DNA of 64,000 nt from Sphagnum compactum (taxonomy: Eukaryota). Numbering within the stretch: the stretch's first letter is position 1; each line of letters starts with the position of its first letter. The notes beneath the pieces are model-generated. The model was not told the origin of the DNA and ran no database searches. It worked only from the letters and a program-made list of their open reading frames with translations. Shown here piece after piece: positions 25,324 to 40,200 of this stretch. The stretch covers positions 31,052,213 through 31,116,212 of the forward strand of contig OZ234493.1 of assembly GCA_965153455.1 (NCBI GenBank), written 5' to 3'. The position numbers and the translations under genes are program-made.

Positions 25324-28300
25324 TATTATGTACAATCAAATTGACTTCTGATTACGAGCTTCACTTGGAAATTTGGCTACCACTGATTTTTTTGGCTCAA
25401 TATCGTTGAGCTGCAGACATTTAAATTTAAAAAATTGTTGTAAAATTGAGTCACTCCTTTTTCAAACCTAAATTATTGTCACAACAGACTTCTACATTAA
25501 AATGTAGAAGTCATACTTGTTGACTTCTATTTTCCAGCTTGAAATCAGTATAAAAAGCACCCTTAAAACTTGGTAAGTATATTGAATAGAAAATACTTAA
25601 CTTCCACCCAATTTCAAAAAATTAAAAATATAATGAGCATTTTGCTTTGAATAATCTATCAACTTTGAGGTTGTCAGCAGCAGTGTTTTTTTTGGGATTT
25701 TTTTTTGCAATTTGGTGAATTTTTTTCAGAATTGTTTTTTAGATGAAAAATTCATGGTTTTCACTATTTTTTCTGTTTTGTTTTTGGGAAAAAAACTCGA
25801 AATCGCCATATCTAGACCTAGGCATTAGGTAGGCCACCAGTTTAGTAGGGTTTTTGAAAAAAAAATCTACTCTTCTCCCCACCTTCCCATAAACTGTCGC
25901 CATATTTGTTAGATCTTTTTTGAGGATCCTCGCCACTAAGCCTATTGGAGAAACCTTTTTCGTTTATGGTCATCTATTTTATTAGACAACGCCTTTTTAG
26001 TGTACAATCTTTTATTTTATTAGTGTTATATTCCTTTGTGACACATATTCTCATGCTTTTATTTGCCTTGTACTTCTTGTGGATGGGTTCCCATTCTTGC
26101 TTTTTACATATATAAGATTTTTTTTTCATTTTGAACATTTCCATGTGATTGACTTTTTTTGAAAACATGTGTATCGACAAACCTTTTAAATACCATAAAT
26201 TTCGATAAAACCTTCAAAGGACTATAAGTCACTTATAGTCCATGTTGCAAATGTGTATATTGAATAAGTACATTCCAATAAACTCTTCTCACTATAGAGG
26301 GAAAGACTTTGATGTTCACAAGTTTCCCATCGAACATGTTGTTGAATCTTTAAACTATCACATAATGCACTATCTCCGTTGTAAATGGCACTTCTATATA
26401 GATTTTCACTTTCAAAATCCTGATTTGAAGCATGTACTTGAATAACATAATGGTTATTTGCTCATCATTTGATTCCAAGTATCAGAAGGGAACAAACATC
26501 ACATCACAAAGGATTACAATTCACAAAATTCAATTACTAAGTATGAACATTTTTTTTATTATATCTTCAAATTGGAATCACCAACGAGTGTTATAAGTTG
26601 TAATAAACTCATAATTTAATGTCCTTGAAGTTCCTAAAACATGAATGAACTATTCTAAATCACAATGTGGCATAAAAATCAACCAATTAGTAATTTTAAA
26701 ATGCTAAATTGTAATACCAAATTTGGATTGTAAATCAAAATTGTTGTTAGACATCAAGTGCCATGAAAATGTATTATATTCATTTCTCAAATCATTATTA
26801 AAAGTGTTAGGAAAATGCAAATTTTCAGCATTATTTTAACCACAAGCCATATGACTTTTAAATGAACATTATTCAATATTTTGGAAAGCACATATGAAAC
26901 ATTAATTGTAAATTGTTGTTAGATGCAAAAAACCAATTTATGAAACATTAAAATATTTTTTAGTGTGCACCAAATTGAAGTGCATGGATCACACAAGAAC
27001 TTGGTATTGTTTGTCCATAATACTTTTTGTTTTTTGGGTTCATTCAAGATTATGGTTCCATTTTCAAAAACAAGGGATTTTAGGATTTTTTTCCTACTAG
27101 TTTGTACAAATAGTATTTACATAGGACAAATTTAAATGTGAAAAAAATGAATAGTCCAAATTAAGATATTTCATATGGTGGTGTTGATTTTTCACATCCA
27201 TACACTATTGTGAATAAATGTTTTCGCTCAAAACTAAAAATGCATTTAATGCTTAAATAAGTTGAATTATGGACAATTTGATATGGATTTTTACATGATC
27301 ATTTCTTACACATGTTACTTGCACTTGGGGCTACAAATTCAAATAAATGAATAAAAATATAGAATCCCATATATTTGTTGTTGGGTAAAAATATTAATTT
27401 AATTAATTAATAAAATTATTTGTATTTTCATAATCCAAATATAACTAATATTGGGTACATGCATTAATTATAAAATATTAGAATAAAATACCATGTGTAT
27501 AAGAAACTTGAATAATTAGTCGATAATAGGTTCAATTAATATGTTAATAATTGAATTATATATTGATAGGGCAACCCCATCTTTGGGTGGTACCATTGGG
27601 AAGCACCGGAAGGAATAATTAAGGAGCATAAACTAGCCAAGTACTATTCATAGGCCCTTTATTTAAAATGTTTTGACAATTATAACTTTTTTTGCTTGTG
27701 CTTAGTCATTACATGCCAAATTATATGGCTTTACACTTTCATTGAATTCAAAAAACGTAGGAATCATTATAAATTTGTAGTTTTAATGTCATGGCCTTTT
27801 TTTAAGTCACACTTTTGAATTTTGGAAATTAATAACTAAATTATATTAACTTAGTTAATTACTTAACTAAAATCAAATAGTATTTTAAAATTTTATTTTT
27901 AAAGAAAAATTTGAGAACATGTTTCAAACTAGTGTTCTTGACCAAAAAGTAAAAAAGAGGAAACAATATTACATTCCTAAAATGCATTTTAAATGAAATG
28001 ATTAAGAACATCAAAATAAAAATATTTTTTTATATCACTAAAATTTGAAAGTCTATACAATTTGTAAATGTAATCACCAAAAGTTTTTAATGAAAATCCT
28101 TATTTAAACTTTTATTATGTTTTTTGAAAGATTGGTGGGTATAGTAAAATGAAAATGTATGTTCCTAGTGGTACCATTCAAGGATCGGTTTGCCCAATAG
28201 GACTTGAGGGACATCATGAGGATGGAAATGATGTAATTTATATTTGAAAGTTCATATAAGACGATTTGATTGGTACAAGGATTTGATGAAGGTCCAAATG

Positions 28301-30379
28301 TAAGATCTTTGTGGTCCATTTACTTGGGTTGCAACGCACATGCCTTTTTCATTTCAATTATGGAATCCAAAAAACCTCATTTTTCTCTTTGTATCATTTT
28401 TTCCCATGGATACAAACCAAATGTCTATTGTTTATAATGGCTTTGTGCATCTTAAACATGGTTTTCATCATTTGAAATGTGATAATTTGGCGTTAAGTTT
28501 TTTTTTATGTGTTTCTAAATTCGAACATTCCATGCATGATGCTTGTTAGTCACATAAAATCACCTTTTTTCATTGTTCCTCATGTTTAAGAATAATAATT
28601 CAAACAAATATATGGCGCCAAAATTCCATGGAAACATACAATTTAAATTAAACTTAAGGTGGATATAAATTAGATGTGAATATTATGAGTGTTGATATTA
28701 ATAGGGTGGGAAAATTTTCAAATCCTTCACATAATACCCCCACACAAATACCCTATTTGACACACATCATGAGAAAAAATAACACAAAGTGGTTGGGCCA
28801 AGTAACCAACCAAATGGTAAAAGAAAAAAAACCTTTCCCCTATGGTGCCAAAACAAAATCTATAATTGTCAAAATTCTTGTATGGAACTTTATAATATAA
28901 TCAAATGTGTACAATGAACATTGCTAAACATAGATGAACATTGTTTATCCATTTTAAAAAATCCAAGGTAGTTGCATTACTTAAAAATTCAATTAAAAAT
29001 TTGATATAATTATTAAATGAGTCAAAATTTTAAATATGTATTATTCAATATATTTTTATAAGTTTTTAATTTGTTTAACATAACATCATTCTAATTGTAC
29101 ACATACAACAATCCAATGTATTTAGAATCGGACAAAAGTTTTAAAAATTCAAAGTTGGGTTATGAAGTCCTTTTACGTTAAATAGTCCTTTTGGGCACCC
29201 CAACCTTGAATAAGCCCTCAGGATTCATACACTTAAATACATATTTTACCATATTTTCATCATTATTTGCATAAATTCATTCTTGAAAACAAGTGATTTT
29301 AAAAAATAATAATGTTGCAATAAAAGCATGAAAACCTAATAAGATCTTTTTTATGATAGAAATGTGAAAGAATTTTTTAAAAATAGAATGAAAAATTGAA
29401 AAAATTGACAAAAAATTGAAATGAAAATCTCTTCCTTAATGCCATCAAGGGTTTGAGTTCTTTCTTCCCTTGGTGGCACTACACAAGAGGTTCTCAATTC
29501 ACACACAATGAGATGTATTTTTGTGGCATTTTATTATGTCAATATGTAACCCATTCCTATGATTATTCTTATTCAAATGTGTTTGAATTTGGAGTTGAAA
29601 TGGGACTTAGTGTGTGCAATTTTACCAAACCATTTTTTAAAAACAACATTTAACATGTAATAACCAATAATGGCTTCTTTGGAATACGTAATTTGGTTCT
29701 TGGTACCATATCCTCATGTAATAAAACCCATCATTGTTTGCAAAGGGACCATGAACCATATCTTCTTAACACATGTTTTGGGTAATGTAAATCCATTATT
29801 AAAGAAATACAAATACAATAAAGTTATAAATAAAGATAGTAAAAACCAAGAGTAGAACGTTGGGTTTTCTTGAAACTAAGGATGACAATCAAAATGCAAG
29901 ATGAGAATGTGCTAATGGAAAATAAATAGAAGGAAATTCAACTTAGGATGATGACATGTAATGCAACCAAATGTTGCAATGCATAACTAACAAGATGATA
30001 TAACACACATTTGATGTGGGTATTGCATGTTCAATCCAATGTTCAATGGAAGAAAACTTCATTTGTGGGTATTACACATTGCTTTAGAATCCACAATTGA
30101 CAGTAATAAAGGCTTTTGTCAATATTGTGATGTCTACCATGCACATTGAAAGTATTTTTAGACCAATATGGGTATTGTTCATGGGGCATTTATGGTCTAC
30201 CCTTGAAGCAAATATTGCATTATTAGAATGCATTTGTATGATGCAATATCCGCACATGAGGACACATGGAAATTGCTTAATTATGATTGAAAGTTTCATT
30301 GGATGACAACCCAATCCACAAATTCAATATTAACATCAACCATGAACTACCATGTTTAGAATGGTTTGGGTTCTCAAAA

Positions 30380-30800
30380 CCAACACCTATTTTTGTGACC
30401 CAAATGTTGGTATTGCACTAAAGTAATGGTTTCATCCTATGCAAAATCCACACATGGGTGCCTATGGAAATGACCTAATTATAGTTCATGTAATTTAGTT
30501 GAAAACATAGTCTTAAAGTCAATACCCACATCCCTTCAAATTAAACATCAAAGGGATGAAACCTCAATAAACCAACACATAGTTTCATGACCCAAATTTA
30601 GGTATTGCGTTAAAGTAATGGTTTTGTCATCCGCAATACCCATGCATAGGTGTTAATGGAAATGACCCAATATTAGTTCACATCATTAAATGAAAACAGA
30701 ATCATAATGTGCAATACCTACATCCCTTCAAATTGAGCTTCAAAAGGATGGAGAGACCATAATAAATCAACACCTATTTTATGATACATTTGTGGGTATT
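30380..30800. repeat. About 190-bp tandem repeat, about 2.2 diverged copies
   Basis: accaacac.ta.ttt..tgacccaaat...ggtattgc..taaagtaatggttt...aatacc.acatcccttcaaatt at about 30380 and 30571, with a partial copy at about 30765. Confidence 0.75.
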
Positions 30801-33800
30801 ATAAAAAATTTGTTAAAATGTCAATGCATATTTTGTGACCCATATACAAGTATTGCACACAATTCCAAGAACCCAATGTGTATTAAGTGCCAATATGTGT
30901 CAATATGTGGGTATTGGAGAAATTTTCCCCTACATCATAGGGAATTAGGACTTTATAAAACATTATGTAAGTATTACTTTAAAACCTTCAACTTTAGTAA
31001 TGTAAACATGAAATTACAAATTAACAATACAAGATGGTTTTGAGCTCATGAAATTTTTTTTTATCAAAAATAGAAAATGCTTAAATACACATATCCGAAT
31101 GTCATACGGGATCATGTCCAGCTTCTATGTACACAATGGGTGAATGGAAATTGTTGAGTTTATAAAATCATGTGAGAAATGTTCACTACATACAATCCTA
31201 CTCACACCCTAATTTCTATTTAAAAAAGAATCCTTTAAAAAACTATGGTTGACATCGCCCATCCCATGCATTCAGTAATAGGTTGCATAGATTACCAATG
31301 ACACATTCTTTGCATGTATGTCCATATAGATGTAGTAATGCTTCAACTATAGGCAAACCATGATCACCAAGAACTCATTTTAACTAACAAAGTCTACATT
31401 TTAACAACAACCCACATTTAGCATGGGCATTCAAAAAACCCTAAATGAAACAAGAAAAAAAGGTGGGCATGAGGGTGTGCCATCCATGACTCATTTCAAA
31501 GATTCATGGAAATTGATGATTTTGTTAAATTTCTCATTTGTGGGTTGTTTTTGTTGGACTCTTCTTCCCAATACATGTCATCCCATGCCATCTTCACCCT
31601 TTTCCCATACATGCATGGGGTGGTGCAAATGAAGGTTTGCAAATCTTCATATTTTTTGATACATTTGTAGACATTGCACGAGATCTTTCAACTGGCCCAA
31701 GACTAAATGCCCAAAGGGGGCTTTCACACCTTAGATGCCCCTTTTGTAAGTAACTTGCGGGGATCCCATTTCACACAATTTTTTGAGTAAGTTCAAGCAA
31801 CCACCTTTTGGTCATTCTATCATTGGATCACGCGAACATCACTTAAGATGTGTGCATTCATTTGAGTGTGGTCCTAGCAACAAAGCCCCCCCCCCCATTA
31901 GTTGAAGGACGACCATATTTGATTATTTTTGCCACAAAATCATGTCGTTTTTTGAAATGTTGGGTGAACAACCATTTCAAAACATAAATAATGGAGCACG
32001 TTTCAACTTTACACGTTCATTTCAACCCCATCCTAGCCCAATATAAATCTTTTAAAGCTATCTTGGGTGCTTTGGGGCTTTATTTGCTTAGTTGGCCCCC
32101 TAACCAACAATTGAAATTAAATTAAAATAATCTACACTACCATCAATATGGGTATTTGCATAAACCTTCGACCTTACATTTTAATTGGCCCCATTATTTT
32201 TAATTTTTGCACAAAGTAAAAGTAAAAACAAAACCCCAACCTCCATGTCATTGTGACATGGAAGTTGGGGTTTTCTTTATAAATTTAATCATAATTGACA
32301 AGAGGGTACAACACAATTACAAGGTTGAAAAATTCAACCCAAATGCTCACATTTTATTTCAAATATTTTTCATAAAGGTGGGAAAAACTCTTAAAACAAA
32401 TGATGTCTCACAACAAGGTCTATTAAATGCATAAGTTAAAATGAAAATCATTTCTTATTTATACATCCTAATCATCATTTGTTTCATTTAAGTTGGATTC
32501 ATTAATTTGGTCTGAAGGCATATTCAAATTCACAACAAAATATTGATGATAATGTTTAATTGAACTACAACATCTAATGAAACATGTTGTTCAATTTAAA
32601 CATTTGATGAAACAATCATTGGTTTTGATGAAATAACATGTTCTTGAGTTGCAATAACAATTGCTTTTGAACTTCCTTCCCAAACTCAATGTAAATGATG
32701 TCTTTTCTTGCTAGTCATGTTATCACAAATCTTACACACCCATAAAAAACAAAAAAGTTGAAACACATATGATTGAAATTCAAAAAAACCTTCAAGAGCA
32801 AAAAACCTTCAACCTTCAACCAAGAATTATTGACACCTCTTAATCCCAACAAAAATAAAATAAAATGGAAGCTTCATCAAAAAATATGAAAGGCCGTAAC
32901 TTGTCGTCATGAAGCTTCTTTCAAGAAAATTTCCAAAAATCATAATGACAATGAATTGTAGCTTGTTGTTATTATCGTCATCAAGTTTCATTTAAAAAAA
33001 CTACAAAATGACAACAACGAATTACAACTTGTCATTATCAAACTTTTGTTTTTTAAAAACTTAAAAAATGATGATGATGACAAGGTGTAGGTTGTTGTCA
33101 TCATCAAGCGTCACTGGCAAAACAAGGTGTGTTATACACAATGGACCTACCATTAATTTAACAACAACAATTGATATTATATGATAAATTGGTCATAGCT
33201 AGGGGAAAGTGAAAAAAAATCTACTTTAATGTACATCATCACGCTACTAAAAAAGAAAAATTGTCATGATTTTTTTTTCATTTTAAAAAATCACATTAGT
33301 TATGAAGAACGCAAAAGGGGTTTCACATTAAATGATGACATGTTCTAGGAACCTATCTAAACATTTAAAAAATTGTTATCAAACCAAGACCAATAGGGGA
33401 ATGTCACAACATGATTTTTAATTTTTTGCAAAGTTAATGATTTTTTTCTCAAAAACAAAAGTGATTTAAAATCTATTTTTTTCATATATATTTTTCACAT
33501 TTGTACAAAATTTCAAACCCAAAAAAACGAAACCTCATCGTAACATGTGTATTTGAATGTTTTCAATAATCACATTGTGACATTTTAAAAGAGTTACATG
33601 AATTTTTGTGTATGACAAGTGCCATAAGCAATTTTGGAGAAAATAGTTTCATATTTAATTTTGTGGGTTATGGATTGGTGATAAAGTCACTTGAGCGTGG
33701 GTGCACATTTGAAGAGGTGACATAGAAAACAAAATGTCAAAAGATGAATGTGAATCTTTTTACAACCAAATTAGGATGAATCATCTCACCTAGTTTCTAG

Positions 33801-34372
33801 GGGGCAAAATCCCTTAAAGCTACTATACTCTATAATGATCCTCAACACAATATCCCTGCCTTAGATGGCAGGGCCAACAAAACACAACGAAGGAGAGGCA
33901 ACATATTTAAGGACATGTTTGAGTATAATGTGATGATGGTGTTGAAGTAGGAATGCGTCGAAGGCATGTTGGGAGGGAGGTTCGACATGAGGGAGCATCG
34001 AAGCAAATCACACATTGAAGGTGCATTAGAATATAATGTCGACCATGGCATTGAATGAAGGTCAAGAAGGAGGGAACTACTGCCATTGGCAAGTTAGGTC
34101 AGGTTAAGTAGTTAGGATAGGTTAGTAGGTAGGTTTAGGTTAGGTTAGTTAGTAGGTTGGTAAGTTAGTAGTTAGTTAGGTACTAGGTGGGTAGGTAGGG
34201 TCAGCAGGTCAGCAGGTAGCGTCAGTAGTTAGTCCGGAGATAGGAAGAGGGTGCCCAAGAATATGGGAGTGGGAAAAAAAGGGTGTGGAGGACAAAAAAA
34301 AAAGGTGTTGGGGGAGGGGGTGCAGGGTGGGCCAGCCAAAGAGAAAAAAAAGAAAGGCTTCATCCACATGTC

Positions 34373-34655
34373 ATCCACAGGTGGGTTTACGTGGGGGTTA
34401 AGTTCATCCCAAAACTAGCAAGAATGGGCTCATCCACAGGTGGGTGGGTCAGGTGGGGGTTAAGATCCACAGGTGGGTTTACGTGGGGGTTAAGTTCATC
34501 CCAAGACAAGCAAGAATGGGCTCATCCACAGGTGGGTGGGTCAGGTGGGGGTTAACATCCGCAGGTGGGTTTACGTGGGGGTTAAGTTCATCCCAAAACA
34601 AGCAAGAATGGGCTCATCCACAGGTGGGTGGGTCAGGTGGGGGTTAAGTTCATCC
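34373..34655. repeat. 92-bp G-rich tandem repeat, 3 near-identical copies, each built from two related sub-units
   Basis: atcc.caggtgggtttacgtgggggttaagttcatcccaa.ac.agcaagaatgggctcatccacaggtgggtgggtcaggtgggggttaa at 34373, 34465 and 34557. Confidence 0.95.
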
Positions 34656-35324
34656 CCAAAAAAACAACAGCCAGAAAAGGCCCTCATACACAACTGGTCA
34701 TCTAAGTAGTACGAAGAAATCCGAATAAAGGGTCCTCAAAGGTGTTCGTGAGGTTTGGGTTGGGTCCACCTATCAAATTGTTTGATACCCAAGTCAATGA
34801 ATCTTGAAGCAAGCGATGGTGCTTGACAATTTATTGGCTAGTAATAAGCAACCGATCAACCAAGCGGGGCGGGTGCCCCACATAAAATTGTATGACTTTG
34901 AAATCTATACCTACTAAAATCTCCTGTTTGGCAAGGGAGAGGGATCGGACGGGATGGGAGGGGGGGCCTAGTGGGAAAGCCCCAACATTATATGTGCATA
35001 TACTTGTGCTTGATTCGGTATTTCCTTCCCTGATTGCCCTTTTGCCCATCCAAGATGTATTGGGTAATGATGCCCACACCCGCATCTTGGTGCTGCCCAT
35101 ACACACTTTGTTGGGTCATGTTATGCATGGTTTCGCTTGTAATGGGCAGGCTTGAAAAAATTGTGTGGTTGAACATCTAGTAACTGAAAAATGATGGGTT
35201 ATTGTTAATACCATAACTTTTCATTTGACCTTCAGAATCAGTTTTTGTAAAAAATAAAAGTAAATAGTTAATAGTCAATTTTGTGATAAGCAAAGTGACA
35301 ATTGTTGATACAAAAATTTGCTGT

Positions 35325-35818
35325 ATATCAGCTATGGCTTTATCAAAAAAGAAAAAGAAAAAAAGGATCATTCTATATTCTTGACTACCTAATGGAACTT
35401 ATCATAAAAAATTGGTGAGTTTGAAAAAAAATTCCTCAAAATTTGGCAGATTTTGGGCCATGTTTTTCCACCAAAAATCCTTTCCATATGTCAAAAGCAT
35501 ATGTGTCAGGTCAAAATTTGATAAAAACTCGCTAGTAAAGAAAATCACCTATCAAAATACCAATTGCCATGCATATATATCCAGCTATGACTTTTTTTTC
35601 CCAAACAAGGGATGATTTTATATTCTTTGCTACCTATTGGAACTTATCCTAAGAAAATGGTGCATTTGAAAAGGAAAAAAAATCCTCAAAATTTGGCACA
35701 TTTTGGGCCATTTTTTCCACCCAAAAACCCTTTCCATAAGTCAAAATTATATGTGTCAGGTCAAAATTTGATGAAAAGTCACCAGCAAAAAAAATTCAAC
35801 TATGAGATCACCAATTGT
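35325..35818. repeat. About 252-bp tandem duplication (2 copies)
   Basis: cagctatg...tatattctt..ctaccta.tggaacttatc...tcctcaaaatttggca.attttgggccat...atatgtgtcaggtcaaaatttgat occurs twice. Confidence 0.85.
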
Positions 35819-36939
35819 AGAACTACGTGATTTATGCACCGTGAAGATCGGAGTTGGATCAAGTGACAATATGGGCTGGCCTAAAGTCGTTGATCTGCCA
35901 CAAAGTTGTGAATATATACTATTCCATTAGCGTGTGAAACAAGCTGTAGACCACATATCGGTGACAACCGCCCAAATAAAACAATCTCATTGGCAAAGTG
36001 TTGTCAACTACAAGATGCGGGGAGGAAGAAATAAATAATATTAAAATAAATAAATAAATAAATAATAAATATAGATAAATAAATAAAAGAGTGTAAGAAA
36101 AGGCACGCCAAATAAATCGATAAGTTTTATTACGAACTTAAATCCAGTGTTGGGCACAAACGATATGTGGTCTAACTATCCCCTATTGGTCGTCTAGGTG
36201 GTTCTTAGGGTTTCATACCCATGGTACTCAGAAACCGTGTGGACCTAGTTCTGATGTATAACCACAGCTCTAGATGAATTGGAACAAGTCGAATAACAGG
36301 CATAGAACCGTCGGTTCTTTGAGGTTTTTGAAATAACCAGAACGAGCCGTCCTTTTGATTCTGAAATCCCCCACCCCCCTCTTTAAAAAAAAGACACAGA
36401 GCCAATGGATCTCTCGAATTCTGACTTTGGGCTGGTATATGACAAGTATGTGCCTGGTTTATAGATTGGTATGAGACGGGTATTACCTCAAGCCCCTACC
36501 AGCTGGTACTGGTGTTAGGTAAGCTGATACCAGACTTAGGTCATACCAGACTGGTCTGGTATTTGATACCAGTGTTCATACCAGTATTGATACCCTTCTC
36601 TGACCCTATATATATTACCAGACCAACACTGGTTAAAATGTTCAAATACCCGGGCAACCCAACGATGGTTAAAACGTTCGACAGGTGATGCCGGGATAAA
36701 TGTTATAAGTTGGAGTTTGGACATGCCACATACTGTATAAGAACCTTGGCATGTTTTGCCCACATAGGTAGATAGTTAGTTAATTAATTAATTATGAAGA
36801 TTTCGTTTCGGAGAAAACCAAATTACTTTCAAATATTCCAAAAGTTTAAACAACAATTTCCTCTTGGAGAGGAGGGAAAAAAAGAAATTTGGGGGACTTT
36901 TTTTGGCATTTCTAAATTTTGAATTTTAATTTAGAATTT

Positions 36940-37213
36940 TTTTAAATTCACACCTTTTTTGGTTAAATTCACACCCTTTCTTCACGCGTCCGATTATATG
37001 CAGATTAAATTTGAGTGTGTCTGCCCCACCCCCCTGTAAACAGTTAGGGTTTGTGGTCTGTGGTCTATGGTCTGTGGTCAATCAGGGCACGACTCGAGAA
37101 CTTGCCCGCAGAAGTAATTGAACTGATAAAGGAACATACTCTTAAAGTTTAATCTGCATAAAATCAGACGCGTGAAGGGTGTGAATTTAACCAAAAAAGG
37201 TGTGAATTTAAAA
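36940..37213. mobile_element. Long inverted-repeat (foldback/Mutator-like MITE) element with arms of about 80 bp
   Basis: The left arm ttttaaattcacaccttttttggttaaattcacaccct...cacgcgtc.gatt.tatgcagattaaa is mirrored at about 37135-37213. The spacer is about 110 bp. No TSD identified. Confidence 0.8.
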
Positions 37214-40200
37214 TTTGCTGAACCTGCCAAGGTGTTATCGTGTAGTAGAAAGAATCTCATAATCCTGTGTTCTCTAAAGCCTAGAAAACAGGGGATGCGA
37301 CAAAAGAGATTGGGCTGCACTCTGAACAGGGTGCTGACCCAAACTCATTGGATTCAGTAGGGTGAACGGAAGTCACATAAAAAAGGCTATTTTGATGCTT
37401 GCACAACACTGGACTTGACAAATTGTTTGATTTTGGCAGCTGATTTGTGCACAATTTGTTCCAAGTGCTGTTTTTCAATGTTTTCCCGAGGCATCCTACT
37501 AGTTTTTCAAAAGGATGTTTCCAGCTAACCAGGACTTGGTGGCCATCTGCATGGGTTGCCAAATCAAAAGTCAAGTGTCAAAACGTGGACATCTCAGTAC
37601 TTTGGGATGGTCTAATGTTTTGCAATTCAAGGGGTGCCATAATAGATCTATCTATCGATGCATGATGTAGATGAGTTATGTTCTTCAATGTTATCGATAT
37701 GCAATGACTCTCAAGATTGCTTGTCAAGTGACATTTGTTGATAAACTCCCTTAATTTTGGCAGCAATGAAAAATCTCACACATGTTTATCTATCTCATGT
37801 CAATATAAATGAAGAATTTCAAAAACAGAAAACAAAATCAAATACCAACCCAAGCATGTATTCACACACTTCACACTACAACTAGATACAAACTCATCTG
37901 AATGTTCGTATTTCACCTAAACTAAGTTAGTGGAGCTACATACCAATGTGCACTAATTCTCCAACGCACAAAATAATCAACAGAACAATACAGATGGAAC
38001 ATTGTGTCCATGTGATAATATATCCGGCCACAGTGAGCCAGCACCCACAAGTGCACCATGAAGGATGAATGGTAAGTGGTCAGGAAACAGTTTTCTGTTG
38101 GGTTCCAGTTCCCTAGCTAACCATGGTGGTTAGCTCAGTTGGTTCTTTTTCCCACCTACCTACTAACAACCCACAAGCAGGTTGTTAGTAGGTAGGTAGT
38201 AAAAACAGCCCTTAGCTATCCTAAACCCTAAACCCCCTACCGTCCTACTCACCTATATATTTAAATTAAAAGTGGACTCTTCCCCATCTACCTACTCACC
38301 TATAAATTAAAAATGTGCTACTCTTATCCCCACCGACCTACCCCCCACCCCCCCCCATCTATTTATCTACCTACTTGCCCTTCCACCTTTCTACCTACCA
38401 ACACTTTAAATAGGTACCTACCAAAGCCCACTTACATGGCTACACCTACCTACCTGGTTGCCACTCCAATAGACCCCCCACAACTAACAATGATGAAGAA
38501 AATAAAATGAAGCTATTGCATGGAGCTTGGTCTTGTTCACTTAAACAAATAAATAAAGGCACGATTAAAGCCTAGCCTTGAGGTATTATCTAGAGATTTA
38601 GACCAAAAAAAACAGCCCCACCCACCCTTTCACATGGAGAAGGAAGGTGGGGCAAAGGTTTAAGGACCACGGGTGAAAGCATGGTATTTTATTAAAAAAA
38701 AGTTGATGAAAAAATATCAAGTTTAAAATGAGATAATTTTTTCACAAAAACATAAGAAAGTAGATTTGAGTTTTATTTAAATTTCATTTTGAAATCATGG
38801 TGCTTTCCATTGGGTTCGTATTAAATTGAATACAAAATTTGAAAAACTTTGGAATAATAAAAATAGGGAACACATATTTTTGAATTTGACTGGCCAATAT
38901 GATGTTCAAAAGTACTTTTTCATTAAAAAATTGATGAAATATATTTGTGTCAAATTATAACATAAAGTTCATTGTATATTGAAAGGAAGGAAAAATTTTA
39001 AAAATTACTTTTTCTTTGGTAGAATATACTTAACACATACTTGAAACAAATGTTACACTATAAAAAATAGGCTTCAAAAGCTATTTACATTTTTGAAAGT
39101 CTACTTGAAACCTACTTTTACAACATAAAGTTTAAAGATTAATTCATAATAGTGAAGAAGTGACTTGTTTTTCATCATTAAGTAAAAATATTAAATGTAT
39201 AATAATTTTATGATGGGTTTTAATCCTACTTCTTGTTAACTTGACAAGTAGATTGCCAAAGTAATTGAATTATATACTTTATCATACTTTCACCCCCATA
39301 ATTAATGAAGGTATTGTACAAAAAATTTGACCAAAAAAAACCCCACCCTTCTTCTCTACTTGAAAGGATGGGTGGGACAATTAATTATAATAAATAAAAT
39401 TCAATATGTCGCTTCAATTAATTCAGCATGAAGTTCAACATCCCCATTTGCATTCTCTTGATTTGGCATTACACTAAGAGCTACAATTTCTTGTTCCTTT
39501 ATCATGTCAATCGTTTTTTATAACTTAACCTCAATTCTACTAACATTTGTTGCAATGTTTCCCCAACATTAGCACTAGCTTGCACTTGCTCCTCGATATT
39601 CCAACTCATAGTCAATGCAACCACATCTTCAACACTAGCTTACGCTTGTTTTTCGATCACTCTTATCTCCAAATATTTTTCATTCATTGCACCTCCCATG
39701 CCACTATAGATTCAACTAAGGCTTGCTAATTAGAGGCATCAGTCCTTCCTCTCTTTTGAGTTTTCATCTACCAAAAACACAAACAACACACAAAACAACA
39801 CATAATGCACATCAAAAAAATAATAACATGACCACCACAAGCTACAACCAAAAAAAAAAAAAATCGAACTTTTTGCAAAATTGCACTATAGCAAAAAAAA
39901 TCAACGATGACATGCTTTAACACATCATCATCATCTTCCTCTTGGCATTGTGACTTGCATTGCAACAAAAAAGAAAGAAAAAATGATGGGAACATCATTG
40001 TCCTTTTCGTGAAGTTGTGCTACATTAAAAAAAAATGACAATGATGCATGGAAACTTTAGCGCATTGTCATCATCGTCCTCCTCTTCACATTATGAGTTG
40101 TGTTGTAGCCAAAAAAAATACAAGAACGTGAGAGCATCATCATTGTCCTCTTCACTTGCAAACTACACAAAATAACGACGTTGCAACAAAAAAAAAAAAA

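Noticed and set aside
36145..36631. Single hAT MITE bounded by cagtgttgg and ccaacactg
   Set aside because: The flanks cttaaatc and gttaaaat match only 5/8, and the interior looks like a composite of two repeats. I could not call one element.
38220..38236. Interstitial telomere array
   Set aside because: Only about two CCCTAAA units. This is a common telo-box-like motif, not an array.
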